Source: a bacterium
GTDB lineage: Bacteria; SZUA-182; DTGQ01; JAFGSM01
Assembly (NCBI GenBank): GCA_049472335.1
Contig: JBLIRO010000016.1
Coordinates: forward strand, 1-64,000
DNA length: 64,000 nt
Reading direction: 5' to 3'
Shown here: in pieces, positions 1 to 8,812 of the stretch
Position numbering within the stretch: position 1 is the first letter of the stretch
How the letters are laid out: each line of letters begins with the position of its first letter
Notes under the pieces: generated by a model
What the model saw: the letters and a program-made list of their open reading frames with translations, nothing else
Told to the model about the DNA's origin: nothing
The model's database searches: none
Translations under genes and position numbers: made by a program

Positions 1-3000
1 GAGAATTATTCCTTGAATATTAAGATCTAGATCATCCGAGTCTCCTGAATATATTGATGTATATTTATTAAGATCATCCGGGCTGCAAAGGCAACGGCTG
101 TCCATATTAACTCCTTGTCCATCTTGATCCTCATCTTTATAGTAGATAGTACAGCCTTGAGATCCTTCCACATCAACCTTACCATCACAATTATTGTCTT
201 TTTTGTCACAAATCTCTATAGCAGCAAGATAAACATCTTTATCTGTATCATCACAATCTTCCGGATTTTTTGCATATTCCGGAGGTTTCTTGCATGCATA
301 TTGGCTTATGTTCGGATCACCATAACCATCACCATCTGAATCTAAGTAATAATATTCATATGCAAGCTTATTGGGATCATCGATGACACCGTTACAGTCA
401 TTATCCTTTCCATCACATATATCTAAACCATTAGGGTGAATGCTATTGTCATTATCTATACAATCGGTATTATCAACGACATAGCCGATTGGTTGATAAC
501 AGCTTTCTATAGGACTATTCGCATCTCCATAACCATCTCCGTCAGCATCTATAAAATAAATGTGAAGAGAAAATCCTTCATCGATTTGACCATTACAGTC
601 ATTATCATAGCCGTCGCATTTTTCTGATGCCCCTGGGTATATGTTTGGATCCATATCATCGCAATCACCACCCTGATTTGCAGTATATTGTTCTTCTTGA
701 GAATAAGAGTAATGTATATCTGAAGTTAAACCATATCCATCGTTATCCTGATCTCGATAAAAAAGATCAGTATATATAGTAAAAGCATTGTGAAGTACCC
801 CATTTCTTCCATCAGGATTAGTGACTACAATATCATAACTTCCATTTAAAAGGCCGCTAGGAACAGTTGCTGTAATTGTTTGCGGATTATGAACGGTGAT
901 GTTTTTACATAGTTTATGAGTAAATTGAACAATATATAATCCCTCTCCATCAATAAGATAAATATAGTCACCCTTTACATAGACTCCATTAAATAAAAAA
1001 GATGAAGTATAAAATCCCTCACCTACGGGGTTTTCTTTGTTACTGACATCTATTATTCTTAATCCATTATTGGCGTTGGAACAGACAATATAGGCATAAT
1101 CTTCAAGTACTTGCAGACATTTAGGGGCTAATGAGATAGCTCTGGGGCCGCTTCGATCAGTAAAGGAAGCAATCTCCTGCGGCTGGATTTTATCGCTTAT
1201 ATCAACAATTTTTAAGCCTTCAGCAATGGCTACGTAAGCATAATTATCAGCCACATATACACTTATCGTTCCTGATGAATACAGGCTTTGCGGATCATAA
1301 AAACTGACTTCATAAGGATCAGTCTTGTCACTTATATTAATTATTCTTAAACCATCATTTATAGTTGCAATATAGGCATAATTACCTTCAACAAATATAT
1401 CATCTGCTCTACTGGGAGGGACAAAATCACCTTTGGCATGTGGATGTTCTTTGTCAGTTATATCTATTATCCGTACACCTTGATAAACTGTTTTAATAGG
1501 GACATAATCAGGTATAGGAAAAGGCGGATCATCACCTCTGGCACTTACCTTCTCGCTAACATAAGCATAATTTCCTTTAACTGCTCGAATTGAAAGAAGA
1601 GCAGCTCCACTTACAGGCGAACCATAACTTCCAAGAACCTCAGGATTCTTTTTATTTGTTACGTTCACTATAATCAAGCGATAATTGGTAATATAAACAG
1701 GGCCACAGCATCCATATCCAACAAAAATTGAACCAGAGGGAATAACTATATAGGCATAATTGCCCTGAACATAAATCTCCTGAGGAATTCCCGGCGGCTC
1801 ATAAGAGCAGACCTCTATAGGATGCATAATATTACTTACATCAATTATCTTTATTGCTGCTCCAGAAAGTACATAGAGATAATTTCCATATAAAAAAAGG
1901 TCTTTAGACGACTTGTATTCAATAAAGTTTAGCAATCTTGGTCCTAAAATGAGGTCTACCGTTGTCCCATCTGTAAAATTCACACCTGATATAGCAATAT
2001 CAGTTTCTTCGTGATTATATCCCCCATCAGGATCAACTGAATCAATCCCTGGATTAGGAGTTACTTCTACATTTATAGTAACTGAACTACTAAGATCATA
2101 ACTATCTGTAGCAGTAATAGTTACAGAATGTGGACCTATATCATCATGGTTTGTTGACTTAAAGTAGTCATCCATCCATCCTGAAAACATAAAATCAATA
2201 GTATCATCTGGATCTATATCATTTGCTTCAGGTGTAATAACAAAGGTCTGACCAGCAGCTATTGAGTAGGTAATAGTTTCTCCATATACAACTTCTACTC
2301 CATTTATTCTGATAATTGATGGGGCATGGTATTGTTTTACTTCAAATCCATTAGAAAGAATATCACTCTGCCCATTAGGATTGGTCAGTATAAGATCATA
2401 TATGCCTTCAACAAGTCCCATAGAAATTGAATGGGTAATCGTGAATGAGTTAAGTACTGAGATGTCTGAATATTGTCGTAAGACAAGTTGAACAATCTGA
2501 AGTCCTTCATTCGAAGCACATATATAGATATAATCTCCTTCGACAGAAAAAGCCGTAACTCCTCTCTTATAGTGGGCAACCTCAAAGGGATTCTCTTTAT
2601 CAGTTACATTAAATACTCTTAATCCATCCTTACCGCACGCAATATAGATATGATCTCCTAGTGCATACACATCTCCTGCATATTCTGGGCAATAGGAACT
2701 TACTTTTTTAGGATGAACCTTGTCACTTATATCAATGATATCCAGATTCCCACCGTAGTCAGGATATAAAAGATTGGATGTTATGTATGCATAATTTCCT
2801 CCTATATACACACTACTCGTCAAACCCGGAATATCATAAGAGCTTACTCTATAAGGATGTTCCTTATTACTTATATCTATTATTTCAAATGTTCTATTAT
2901 TGGTTGTAATATAAGCATATTCTCCCATTACATATATGTCTATCACTACTTTCCCTAATGCCTGATTAGCATTAGCTGGGGAGAAATGACCCACTTTAGA

Positions 3001-3660
3001 AGGATTTTTCTTATCACTTACATCTATTATTATTAATCCGTATCCTTTTAATGAGTTTATATCTACCTCACTAGCAATGAAGGCATAATCCCCTGATACA
3101 TAAATATCTCTAGCGACAATTTCTCCCGAGGGATCGAAAGCACCCACCTCAAAAGGATTTTCTTTATCACTTATATCTATAATCCGTATTCCATCATAAT
3201 TACAAGCTATATATGCGTATTCTCCAACTACATGAACAGCCCTTCCAGAACCTGAAGGATTACAAGAACCAACTTCTGCAGGATGCTCCTTATTGCTTAT
3301 ATCCAATATTATTAAATCCTTACGAAGGGTAATTACATAGGCATAATTCCCGGCTACAAAAATATCTCTGGCATTAAAATCATAACCTTCAATACTACTC
3401 AATAAAAGAGGTTTTCCCACTAAACTCATTCGAACTCCATTTAAAAAATTATTTCCATTTATAGTAATTGCAGTTTCCTCTTGATTATAACCACTACTTG
3501 GGTCCACAGAAGAAATTATGGGGGTCTGTGCCCAGGAATTCAATCTAAAAGTCCCTATTAATAAAAAAAATATATATAAGAAAATAGTAAAGATTTTATA
3601 TGCCTTTAAAAATAAAGCGCTTTGTAGATTTTCTAATTTTTTAAAAAAGATGGAAGACAT
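1..3660 (-). CDS. Large secreted repeat protein (signal peptide, IPT/TIG, two LVIVD-repeat blocks, Ig-like, MopE-type Asp/Cys repeats); 3' end lies outside the window
   Basis: ATG at 3660 with AGGGGG upstream. No in-frame stop in the stretches I translated, and its absence from the ORF track fits an ORF running off the edge. Reads MSSIFFKK...NSWAQTPIISSVDPSSGYNQEETAITINGNNF, LVIVD-type repeats (DIFVAGNYAYV...LIILDISNKEHPAEVG), and YLDSDGDGYGDP / CDGYDNNCNGQIDE motifs. Confidence 0.88.
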   Translation of the reverse strand, partial: MSSIFFKKLENLQSALFLKAYKIFTIFLYIFFLLIGTFRLNSWAQTPIISSVDPSSGYNQEETAITINGNNFLNGVRMSLVGKPLLLSSIEGYDFNARDIFVAGNYAYVITLRKDLIILDISNKEHPAEVGSCNPSGSGRAVHVVGEYAYIACNYDGIRIIDISDKENPFEVGAFDPSGEIVARDIYVSGDYAFIASEVDINSLKGYGLIIIDVSDKKNPSKVGHFSPANANQALGKVVIDIYVMGEYAYITTNNRTFEIIDISNKEHPYRVSSYDIPGLTSSVYIGGNYAYITSNLLYPDYGGNLDIIDISDKVHPKKVSSYCPEYAGDVYALGDHIYIACGKDGLRVFNVTDKENPFEVAHYKRGVTAFSVEGDYIYICASNEGLQIVQLVLRQYSDISVLNSFTITHSISMGLVEGIYDLILTNPNGQSDILSNGFEVKQYHAPSIIRINGVEVVYGETITYSIAAGQTFVITPEANDIDPDDTIDFMFSGWMDDYFKSTNHDDIGPHSVTITATDSYDLSSSVTINVEVTPNPGIDSVDPDGGYNHEETDIAISGVNFTDGTTVDLILGPRLLNFIEYKSSKDLFLYGNYLYVLSGAAIKIIDVSNIMHPIEVCSYEPPGIPQEIYVQGNYAYIVIPSGSIFVGYGCCGPVYITNYRLIIVNVTNKKNPEVLGSYGSPVSGAALLSIRAVKGNYAYVSEKVSARGDDPPFPIPDYVPIKTVYQGVRIIDITDKEHPHAKGDFVPPSRADDIFVEGNYAYIATINDGLRIINISDKTDPYEVSFYDPQSLYSSGTISVYVADNYAYVAIAEGLKIVDISDKIQPQEIASFTDRSGPRAISLAPKCLQVLEDYAYIVCSNANNGLRIIDVSNKENPVGEGFYTSSFLFNGVYVKGDYIYLIDGEGLYIVQFTHKLCKNITVHNPQTITATVPSGLLNGSYDIVVTNPDGRNGVLHNAFTIYTDLFYRDQDNDGYGLTSDIHYSYSQEEQYTANQGGDCDDMDPNIYPGASEKCDGYDNDCNGQIDEGFSLHIYFIDADGDGYGDANSPIESCYQPIGYVVDNTDCIDNDNSIHPNGLDICDGKDNDCNGVIDDPNKLAYEYYYLDSDGDGYGDPNISQYACKKPPEYAKNPEDCDDTDKDVYLAAIEICDKKDNNCDGKVDVEGSQGCTIYYKDEDQDGQGVNMDSRCLCSPDDLNKYTSIYSGDSDDLDLNIQGIIL

Positions 3661-4392
3661 AAAAATTCCCCCTTTTCTGATCTCACATTAATAGTTGAAC
3701 AAAATTAGGTTTTTTTCTATAAAAATAAATGAATCTGTTTTATAAATTAACATCTCTATAATTGAATAGACGCAAATAATATTTATTTTCCCAAAGATTT
3801 TCTAGGCAATAAACATTTTTTAGAGCTTATTGCCATACATCCATAGACATCCGATCATTTTATCTAAGATAAAGATTTTTGGATTTTACTCATCGAAATT
3901 GAGAGTCAAAAACAGAAGAGACAGAAAAATTGACTTTAAAGCTTCTGTGATGTTTAATAGATCGGACCTAATCAACAGGATTATTCAGGGTTGAATTGGA
4001 ATATGAGATAACTAAATTGTAATTCTTTTCACTTGAATCTGTCAATTTTAAGACTTTTTCAATGCTATGATTGGGAGTGAAAAAAAGTGAGTGGTGTGTG
4101 GATGAACTTTTCTATAGTCAGTTCGTATGCATCATGATTGATTTTACTAGATTTAATATACCAGACCTTGCTGCCCACCGCTATGACGCGGTTGGGCGGC
4201 TATAAGGGAACAAAGCTGATGCTGATGGCTTTATTTTGAAAAGATTGAGTGATTATTACAATTTTAAAAAAGATAATAAAAATAAAACTATAATTTTTTC
4301 TGGAATAGTTTTCTCTCACTTTACTTTGCATTCTGATAATGATAATCTGGGTAATATAATCTTAAAAACAATACCTTAATATGATATTTGGA

Positions 4393-4488
4393 AAATAACA
4401 CCTCACTGCACTGGACTTGTCTGGCTCGTCTGTGATTGTGAAGCCTTTTCTAATTGTGCTTACAAGCCAGTGAGTTCAATTGTTATTG
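4393..4488 (+). mobile_element. attC: attC recombination site
   Basis: R'' AAATAAC, R' GTTATTG. Left arm ACT[G]CACTGG[A]CTTGT pairs with right arm ACAAGCCAGTGAGT, leaving two extrahelical bases. 96 bp. Confidence 0.82.
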
Positions 4489-4672
4489 TCTATCAATTAT
4501 GCAAAATGGGGAATGCGGTCAGTTAGCCATATGAAATATATGGCAGGTCAACCGTGAGGCAGACCGATGAAGGGGCTGTAATAAGAAGCTGGAAAAGGCA
4601 AATGTCACTTTGTAATGGAGTGAATAGAGTATGAAACATGACTCAACTAAGTCAAACAAAAGGAGGGAATCC

Positions 4673-5134
4673 ATGAAGCATTTTTTGGTTGCCAGACATC
4701 CCGGCAAGATTGCAACATTGTATGTTGTGTGCGTAATTTTTCTGCTCAATTTAATAGCGTGTACGGGCATCCCAATTTCCTATTATGACGCCACAACATA
4801 CACGCAGCTAACAAGTCTTAAGGCAGAGACCACTATGCTGGTTGAAAGCTTCGATACAACTCCATATGCGGAAAATCAGAAAAAAATCGAGGAAACAATA
4901 TTGAATCTCAAAAAGGCTTACGAATACGAGAAAGGAAAAGGAAATCCAAACAGCGACACAACCAAGCAGTTCGGCAAGATTTATGGCTTATTTACGGATG
5001 ATGTGAAGGACTACAAGGAAAATAGGCCAGGAGAGCTTGGAAAAAAATATTTTCAAGAAGCCGCAAAAATTTTAGGGCAGGCATTTGATATCGCAATTTC
5101 AACAGAAAATCTGAAAAACAAAGACAAGCGTTAG
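4673..5134 (+). CDS. Hypothetical lipoprotein (cassette gene)
   Basis: AGGAGG RBS before ATG 4673 (track start 4631 less likely); hydrophobic stretch ending in lipobox LIAC. Confidence 0.8.
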   Translation: MKHFLVARHPGKIATLYVVCVIFLLNLIACTGIPISYYDATTYTQLTSLKAETTMLVESFDTTPYAENQKKIEETILNLKKAYEYEKGKGNPNSDTTKQFGKIYGLFTDDVKDYKENRPGELGKKYFQEAAKILGQAFDIAISTENLKNKDKR

Positions 5135-5143
5135 GAGAATGAC

Positions 5144-5467
5144 ATGAGCAAGTTTACGGATTTCATTGATGGCTTAGTAGATGAGGGGAAGAGTCTAGCA
5201 AAGGATGAGCTCAAAAAGCTGGTTTCCGATGCAAAGAAGGATAAATCAGACTTCGTTCGACTGCAGGCGGAAAATCTGGAACGATGGACTGTGATGTTGG
5301 CCGAAGGCGATCTGACCAGTGAAGGTTATAAAAAGCTGGTCAAGAAAATGGAAGTTTTAACACAGCTTGAAGTCATCAATTTAAAGGTTAGTGCCAAAGC
5401 TAGTGCTCAGAGACTTGCTGAAGGTGTCCAGAAGCTAGTTATTAACCGTCTTTTTGCGTTGCTTTAA
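5144..5467 (+). CDS. Small helical hypothetical protein (same cassette as the lipoprotein)
   Basis: AGGAG RBS, 9 bp after the previous stop; stop codon abuts the next attC-like site. Confidence 0.8.
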   Translation: MSKFTDFIDGLVDEGKSLAKDELKKLVSDAKKDKSDFVRLQAENLERWTVMLAEGDLTSEGYKKLVKKMEVLTQLEVINLKVSAKASAQRLAEGVQKLVINRLFALL

Positions 5468-5468
5468 T

Positions 5469-5575
5469 GGCTAACGATTGCATATCTGGCGCTGCTTGTG
5501 GAGTTGGTTGTAAGCTCCGAAGCCTTTTCCGATTACGTTCACAAGGCAAGTCACCCATTAAAGGGTTTGTCAGAT
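5469..5575 (+). mobile_element. attC: Degenerate attC site
   Basis: GGCTAAC right after the stop codon; R' reads GTCAGAT instead of GTT. Shares CTTGT-N19-GAAGCCTTTTC...ACAAG with the 4393 site. Confidence 0.62.
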
Positions 5576-5672
5576 CTTCATTAATTGCGCTTATATGCTG
5601 CATTGAAGAAGACAATAAAGAAATCGGCCTGTAGAATTTCCTACAGGAACCACGAAAAAATGGAGAAACACT

Positions 5673-6644
5673 ATGTTACTTCGTATTGCTACCTTTAATC
5701 TCGAAAACCTTGATGACAATGTGCAACCATCTCTCGCCGAGCGCATTCAAATCATGCGCCCCCAACTCGACCGAGTCGCGGCAGACATCATATGTCTTCA
5801 AGAAATCAACAGTCAAGGATCAACTGGTTCCCGGACACTATCGGCTCTTGACCAGTTACTGAGCAATACGACCTACGTGGGATTTAACAGACAGACGACA
5901 CTTACAACTTCCGGCCAACTCTATGATCAGCGCAACCTGGTGACCCTTTCGAGATTCCCTATCGTCAGTACACAAATCATCCGCAATAGCGCGGGACCTC
6001 GACCAAGTTATAAAATGGCCACAGCGAACCCGCCTGACACCACGGCAAATCCTATGAAGTGGGAGCGACCGATGCTCTTCACTCAAATTGACATTGGATC
6101 TGGTCGCATGCTTCATCTTATCAATGTTCATCTCAAATCAAAGCTTGCCTCTAATATTCCGGGCCAGAAGATCAACGATTACACGTGGCGAACGGTCTCA
6201 GCCTGGGCCGAGGGAAGTCTTATCTCATCAATGAAGCGGTTAGGACAAGCCCTTCAAGCTAGATTGTTAATTGACGACATTTTCGATACGAGCGGGCTCG
6301 ACTCGTTGATTTTGATAGCCGGGGACTTCAATGCGCACGCTGACGAGGTTTCGCTCAAGGCTATCTGTGGCCCCGTCGAAGAAACAGGCAACCCTGCCCA
6401 TGCTGCTCGTCTGATGATCCCCTGCGAAAACAATATCCCCGATTCGGCTCGATACTCATTATTTCACCTGGGCAAAGGTCAGATGCTCGATCACATAATC
6501 GTTTCAAGGTCACTCCTTCGATATTTTCGTGGAGCAGAGATTCACAATGAAGCATTGCCGGATGAATCCGGAGCTTTCAGGCAGGACACCAAATTTCCGG
6601 AGTCAGATCACGCTCCGGTAGTGGCAGAGTTTGACTTTAAATAA
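5673..6644 (+). CDS. Endonuclease/exonuclease/phosphatase (EEP) family protein
   Basis: Motifs ATFNLEN, LQE, HLKS, GDFN, LDHI and SDHAPV. Confidence 0.9.
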   Translation: MLLRIATFNLENLDDNVQPSLAERIQIMRPQLDRVAADIICLQEINSQGSTGSRTLSALDQLLSNTTYVGFNRQTTLTTSGQLYDQRNLVTLSRFPIVSTQIIRNSAGPRPSYKMATANPPDTTANPMKWERPMLFTQIDIGSGRMLHLINVHLKSKLASNIPGQKINDYTWRTVSAWAEGSLISSMKRLGQALQARLLIDDIFDTSGLDSLILIAGDFNAHADEVSLKAICGPVEETGNPAHAARLMIPCENNIPDSARYSLFHLGKGQMLDHIIVSRSLLRYFRGAEIHNEALPDESGAFRQDTKFPESDHAPVVAEFDFK

Positions 6645-6651
6645 TGATTAA

Positions 6652-6785
6652 ATAGGCTCATGTGCAGTATTTCCTGGCTTAAGTTGGTTAGAAAGAACAC
6701 CAGAAGCAGCCTTAAAAGAAATTCGCAAAGTAGTCTCGGATCTTATATGCTATACGCAAAATAATGGTGAAGAGATACCGAACCA
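6652..6785 (+). pseudogene. HicB-family antitoxin remnant
   Basis: Start-less frame IGSCAVFPGLSWLERTPEAALKEIRKVVSDLICYTQNNGEEIP resembles the HicB N-terminal domain. Confidence 0.65.
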
Positions 6786-6837
6786 TGGAGAGGCGGCGTT
6801 AAGAAGCCTGAAGAAGCAAAACAGGAGGATATTAAAA

Positions 6838-7707
6838 ATGAACTTCTGGAGAAAAATAACAGGTATGGTAGTATTGATAATTGTCTGTGTCATAATGACT
6901 GGCTGCGCGACATCACGCCACTATAGCAGCAGTATTGTTCAATATCTATATCCCGATCAAAGCGAACCGCTCGAATCACCGGAGATCCCTGTATTATCTA
7001 TACCCTTGAAAGTTGGTATAGCTTTTGTTCCTGGCGCTACAGGGGATAAAATACATTATGGCCCTGCAAATTTATCAGGTGCATCCACTCTTAATGAAAA
7101 AGAAAAAATGTTATTAATGCAAGAGGTTAGCAATCATTTCAAAAAATATGAATTTGTCAAATCAATTGAGCTGATCCCGTCTGCCTATTTAAAATCAAAG
7201 GGGAGTTTTGCCAATTTGGACCAAATTCGTACAATGTTCGGAGTGGATGTTATTGCATTACTTTCATACGATCAATCTCAATTTGTGGATGAAGGCTTCT
7301 CTACTATAAGCTACTGGACAATCGTTGGCGCCTATGTGATCAAAGGGGAAAAAAATGATACTAACACTATGCTGGATGCCGCTGTTTACGATATTCGGAG
7401 CCGTAAAATGTTGTTTCGCGCACCCGGACTCAGCCATATAAAAAGCAAAGCGACACCTGTCAATCTGTCAGAGCAAATTCGTTTGGACAGTGTAGAAGGA
7501 TTTAAAGAGGCCAGCAAGGACCTTATCGTAAATCTAGATAACCAACTGGAGGTATTTAAGAACAAGATCAAGGAATCACCCGAAGAATTTAAGGTAATTC
7601 ATAAACCTGGCTATACTGGCGGCGGAAGTTTGGATACAGGTTTTATCTTTCTTATTTTATTAATTGGTGGCTATTACTTATGGAATTCAAGACGAGAAGA
7701 GACATAA
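6838..7707 (+). CDS. Rhombotarget lipoprotein with GlyGly-CTERM signal
   Basis: Lipobox MTGC; C-terminal GGGSLD, then a transmembrane segment and basic tail SRR; overlaps the rhombosortase gene. Confidence 0.88.
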   Translation: MNFWRKITGMVVLIIVCVIMTGCATSRHYSSSIVQYLYPDQSEPLESPEIPVLSIPLKVGIAFVPGATGDKIHYGPANLSGASTLNEKEKMLLMQEVSNHFKKYEFVKSIELIPSAYLKSKGSFANLDQIRTMFGVDVIALLSYDQSQFVDEGFSTISYWTIVGAYVIKGEKNDTNTMLDAAVYDIRSRKMLFRAPGLSHIKSKATPVNLSEQIRLDSVEGFKEASKDLIVNLDNQLEVFKNKIKESPEEFKVIHKPGYTGGGSLDTGFIFLILLIGGYYLWNSRREET

Positions 7708-8312
7708 TTGTTAAAATTCCAAACTGGACACTTGCTGTTTTCATAATTAGTATTGTCACATACGCTATTCCTTCACTGCGTCATTTATTGATTTATGACC
7801 GTGATGCTATTATTGCAGGACAGTTATGGAGATTATTGACATCTCATTTTGTACACTTCTCTATTGCGCATCTATTCTATAACCTTTTGGTTTTCTGCAT
7901 AGCTGGATCATTAATAGAGAATAGGGGTTACAGGTCTTTCGGAACCCTTTGTTTCCTGACAGCATTTTTTATAAGCATCACTTTGTTTATTGCTAAACCG
8001 GATATGAGCTATTACGGAGGACTATCCGGAATAGCATGCGGGGCGGTTGTATATCTCATACTTTTTGAATTTCTTGATTCCAGCTTATGGACCGCCTTCT
8101 TTTGTATTGTGATACTGCTTTCAATTATAGTTAAGCTTGTTATTGAAGCCTTAACCGGGCAGTTTATATTTGTCGCCAGTAATACACTGTTTGTACCAAT
8201 ACCTCTGAGTCACATAACAGGAAGTTTAGTGGCATTAATATTTTTCTGTATTGGATTGATAAGTGTGCCATCACAATCGAAAATATCGAAAGAGATGATT
8301 TGTAGAGAATAA
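7680..8312 (+). CDS. rrtA: Rhombosortase (rhomboid intramembrane serine protease)
   Basis: WRLLTSHFVH, HLFYN, YGGLSG (catalytic Ser) and SHITG (catalytic His); adjacent to a GlyGly-CTERM gene. Confidence 0.88.
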   Translation: MEFKTRRDIIVKIPNWTLAVFIISIVTYAIPSLRHLLIYDRDAIIAGQLWRLLTSHFVHFSIAHLFYNLLVFCIAGSLIENRGYRSFGTLCFLTAFFISITLFIAKPDMSYYGGLSGIACGAVVYLILFEFLDSSLWTAFFCIVILLSIIVKLVIEALTGQFIFVASNTLFVPIPLSHITGSLVALIFFCIGLISVPSQSKISKEMICRE

Positions 8313-8402
8313 AGTTCCTGATAGTAAAATATCAAGATCTCTCAATGGATTTAGCACTGGACTACTCCACAAGAAAACTCCCGGTGCCAAGTCAGTATCG
8401 TG

Positions 8403-8521
8403 CCCTAACGGCTGACCCTGTATTCTTTCACAATTGGGATACTTTGTCTGCAGCAATGACCTACGAAGCAGATACCGGAAAGTATGATTGACAGGCAGTG
8501 CTGTATCGGGATTTGTTCGAT
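8403..8521 (+). mobile_element. Degenerate attC-like site
   Basis: CCCTAAC...GTTCGAT ends; internal inverted repeats ATACTTT/AAAGTAT and TCTGC/GCAGA. Confidence 0.45.
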
Positions 8522-8812
8522 TATTTTTTGGCTATTTTGAGCGTATTAATCATTATATAGACATAAGGCTGATTACAGTTAAAGATGTTTCCAGCCTGGA
8601 TTATTGGCTTGAGCAAGTAGCCTCGCCACGATTTGTCAAATACCCTGTTTTTAATGACTTTATCAAGAATTATGGTTATTCAGGCTTAGTGGATCTGATG
8701 AATAAGTTTGGAATTAGATACAGGAAAAAACACGTTACCTAATATTCGCTTTTTATGTTGTGAGAATAATTATATTGCGTGATCTTACTTATCCGGCCGT
8801 GATTTGTTAGAG

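Larger units (their letters stand above)
4393..8521 (+). mobile_element. Decaying integron gene-cassette array with no integrase in the window (CALIN-like)
   Basis: Co-oriented unrelated genes separated by attC-like palindromes at 4393-4488, 5469-5575 and 8403-8521, a lone GTTAAGA core near 6798 and a HicB remnant. Confidence 0.7.

Noticed and set aside
27..2585. Short track ORFs at 27-209, 115-339, 436-627 and 2385-2585
   Set aside because: Shadows of the long minus-strand gene 3660 to <1.
3805..3834. Inverted repeat GGCAATAA-N14-TTATTGCC
   Set aside because: Single copy; no sigma54 spacing and no clear terminator tail, so no function can be assigned.
3661..4392. Possible integron integrase or attI
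   Set aside because: No tyrosine-recombinase ORF or motifs seen.
8488..8742. 84-aa ORF
   Set aside because: TTG start inside the attC-like site, no RBS or motifs; at most a decayed cassette.
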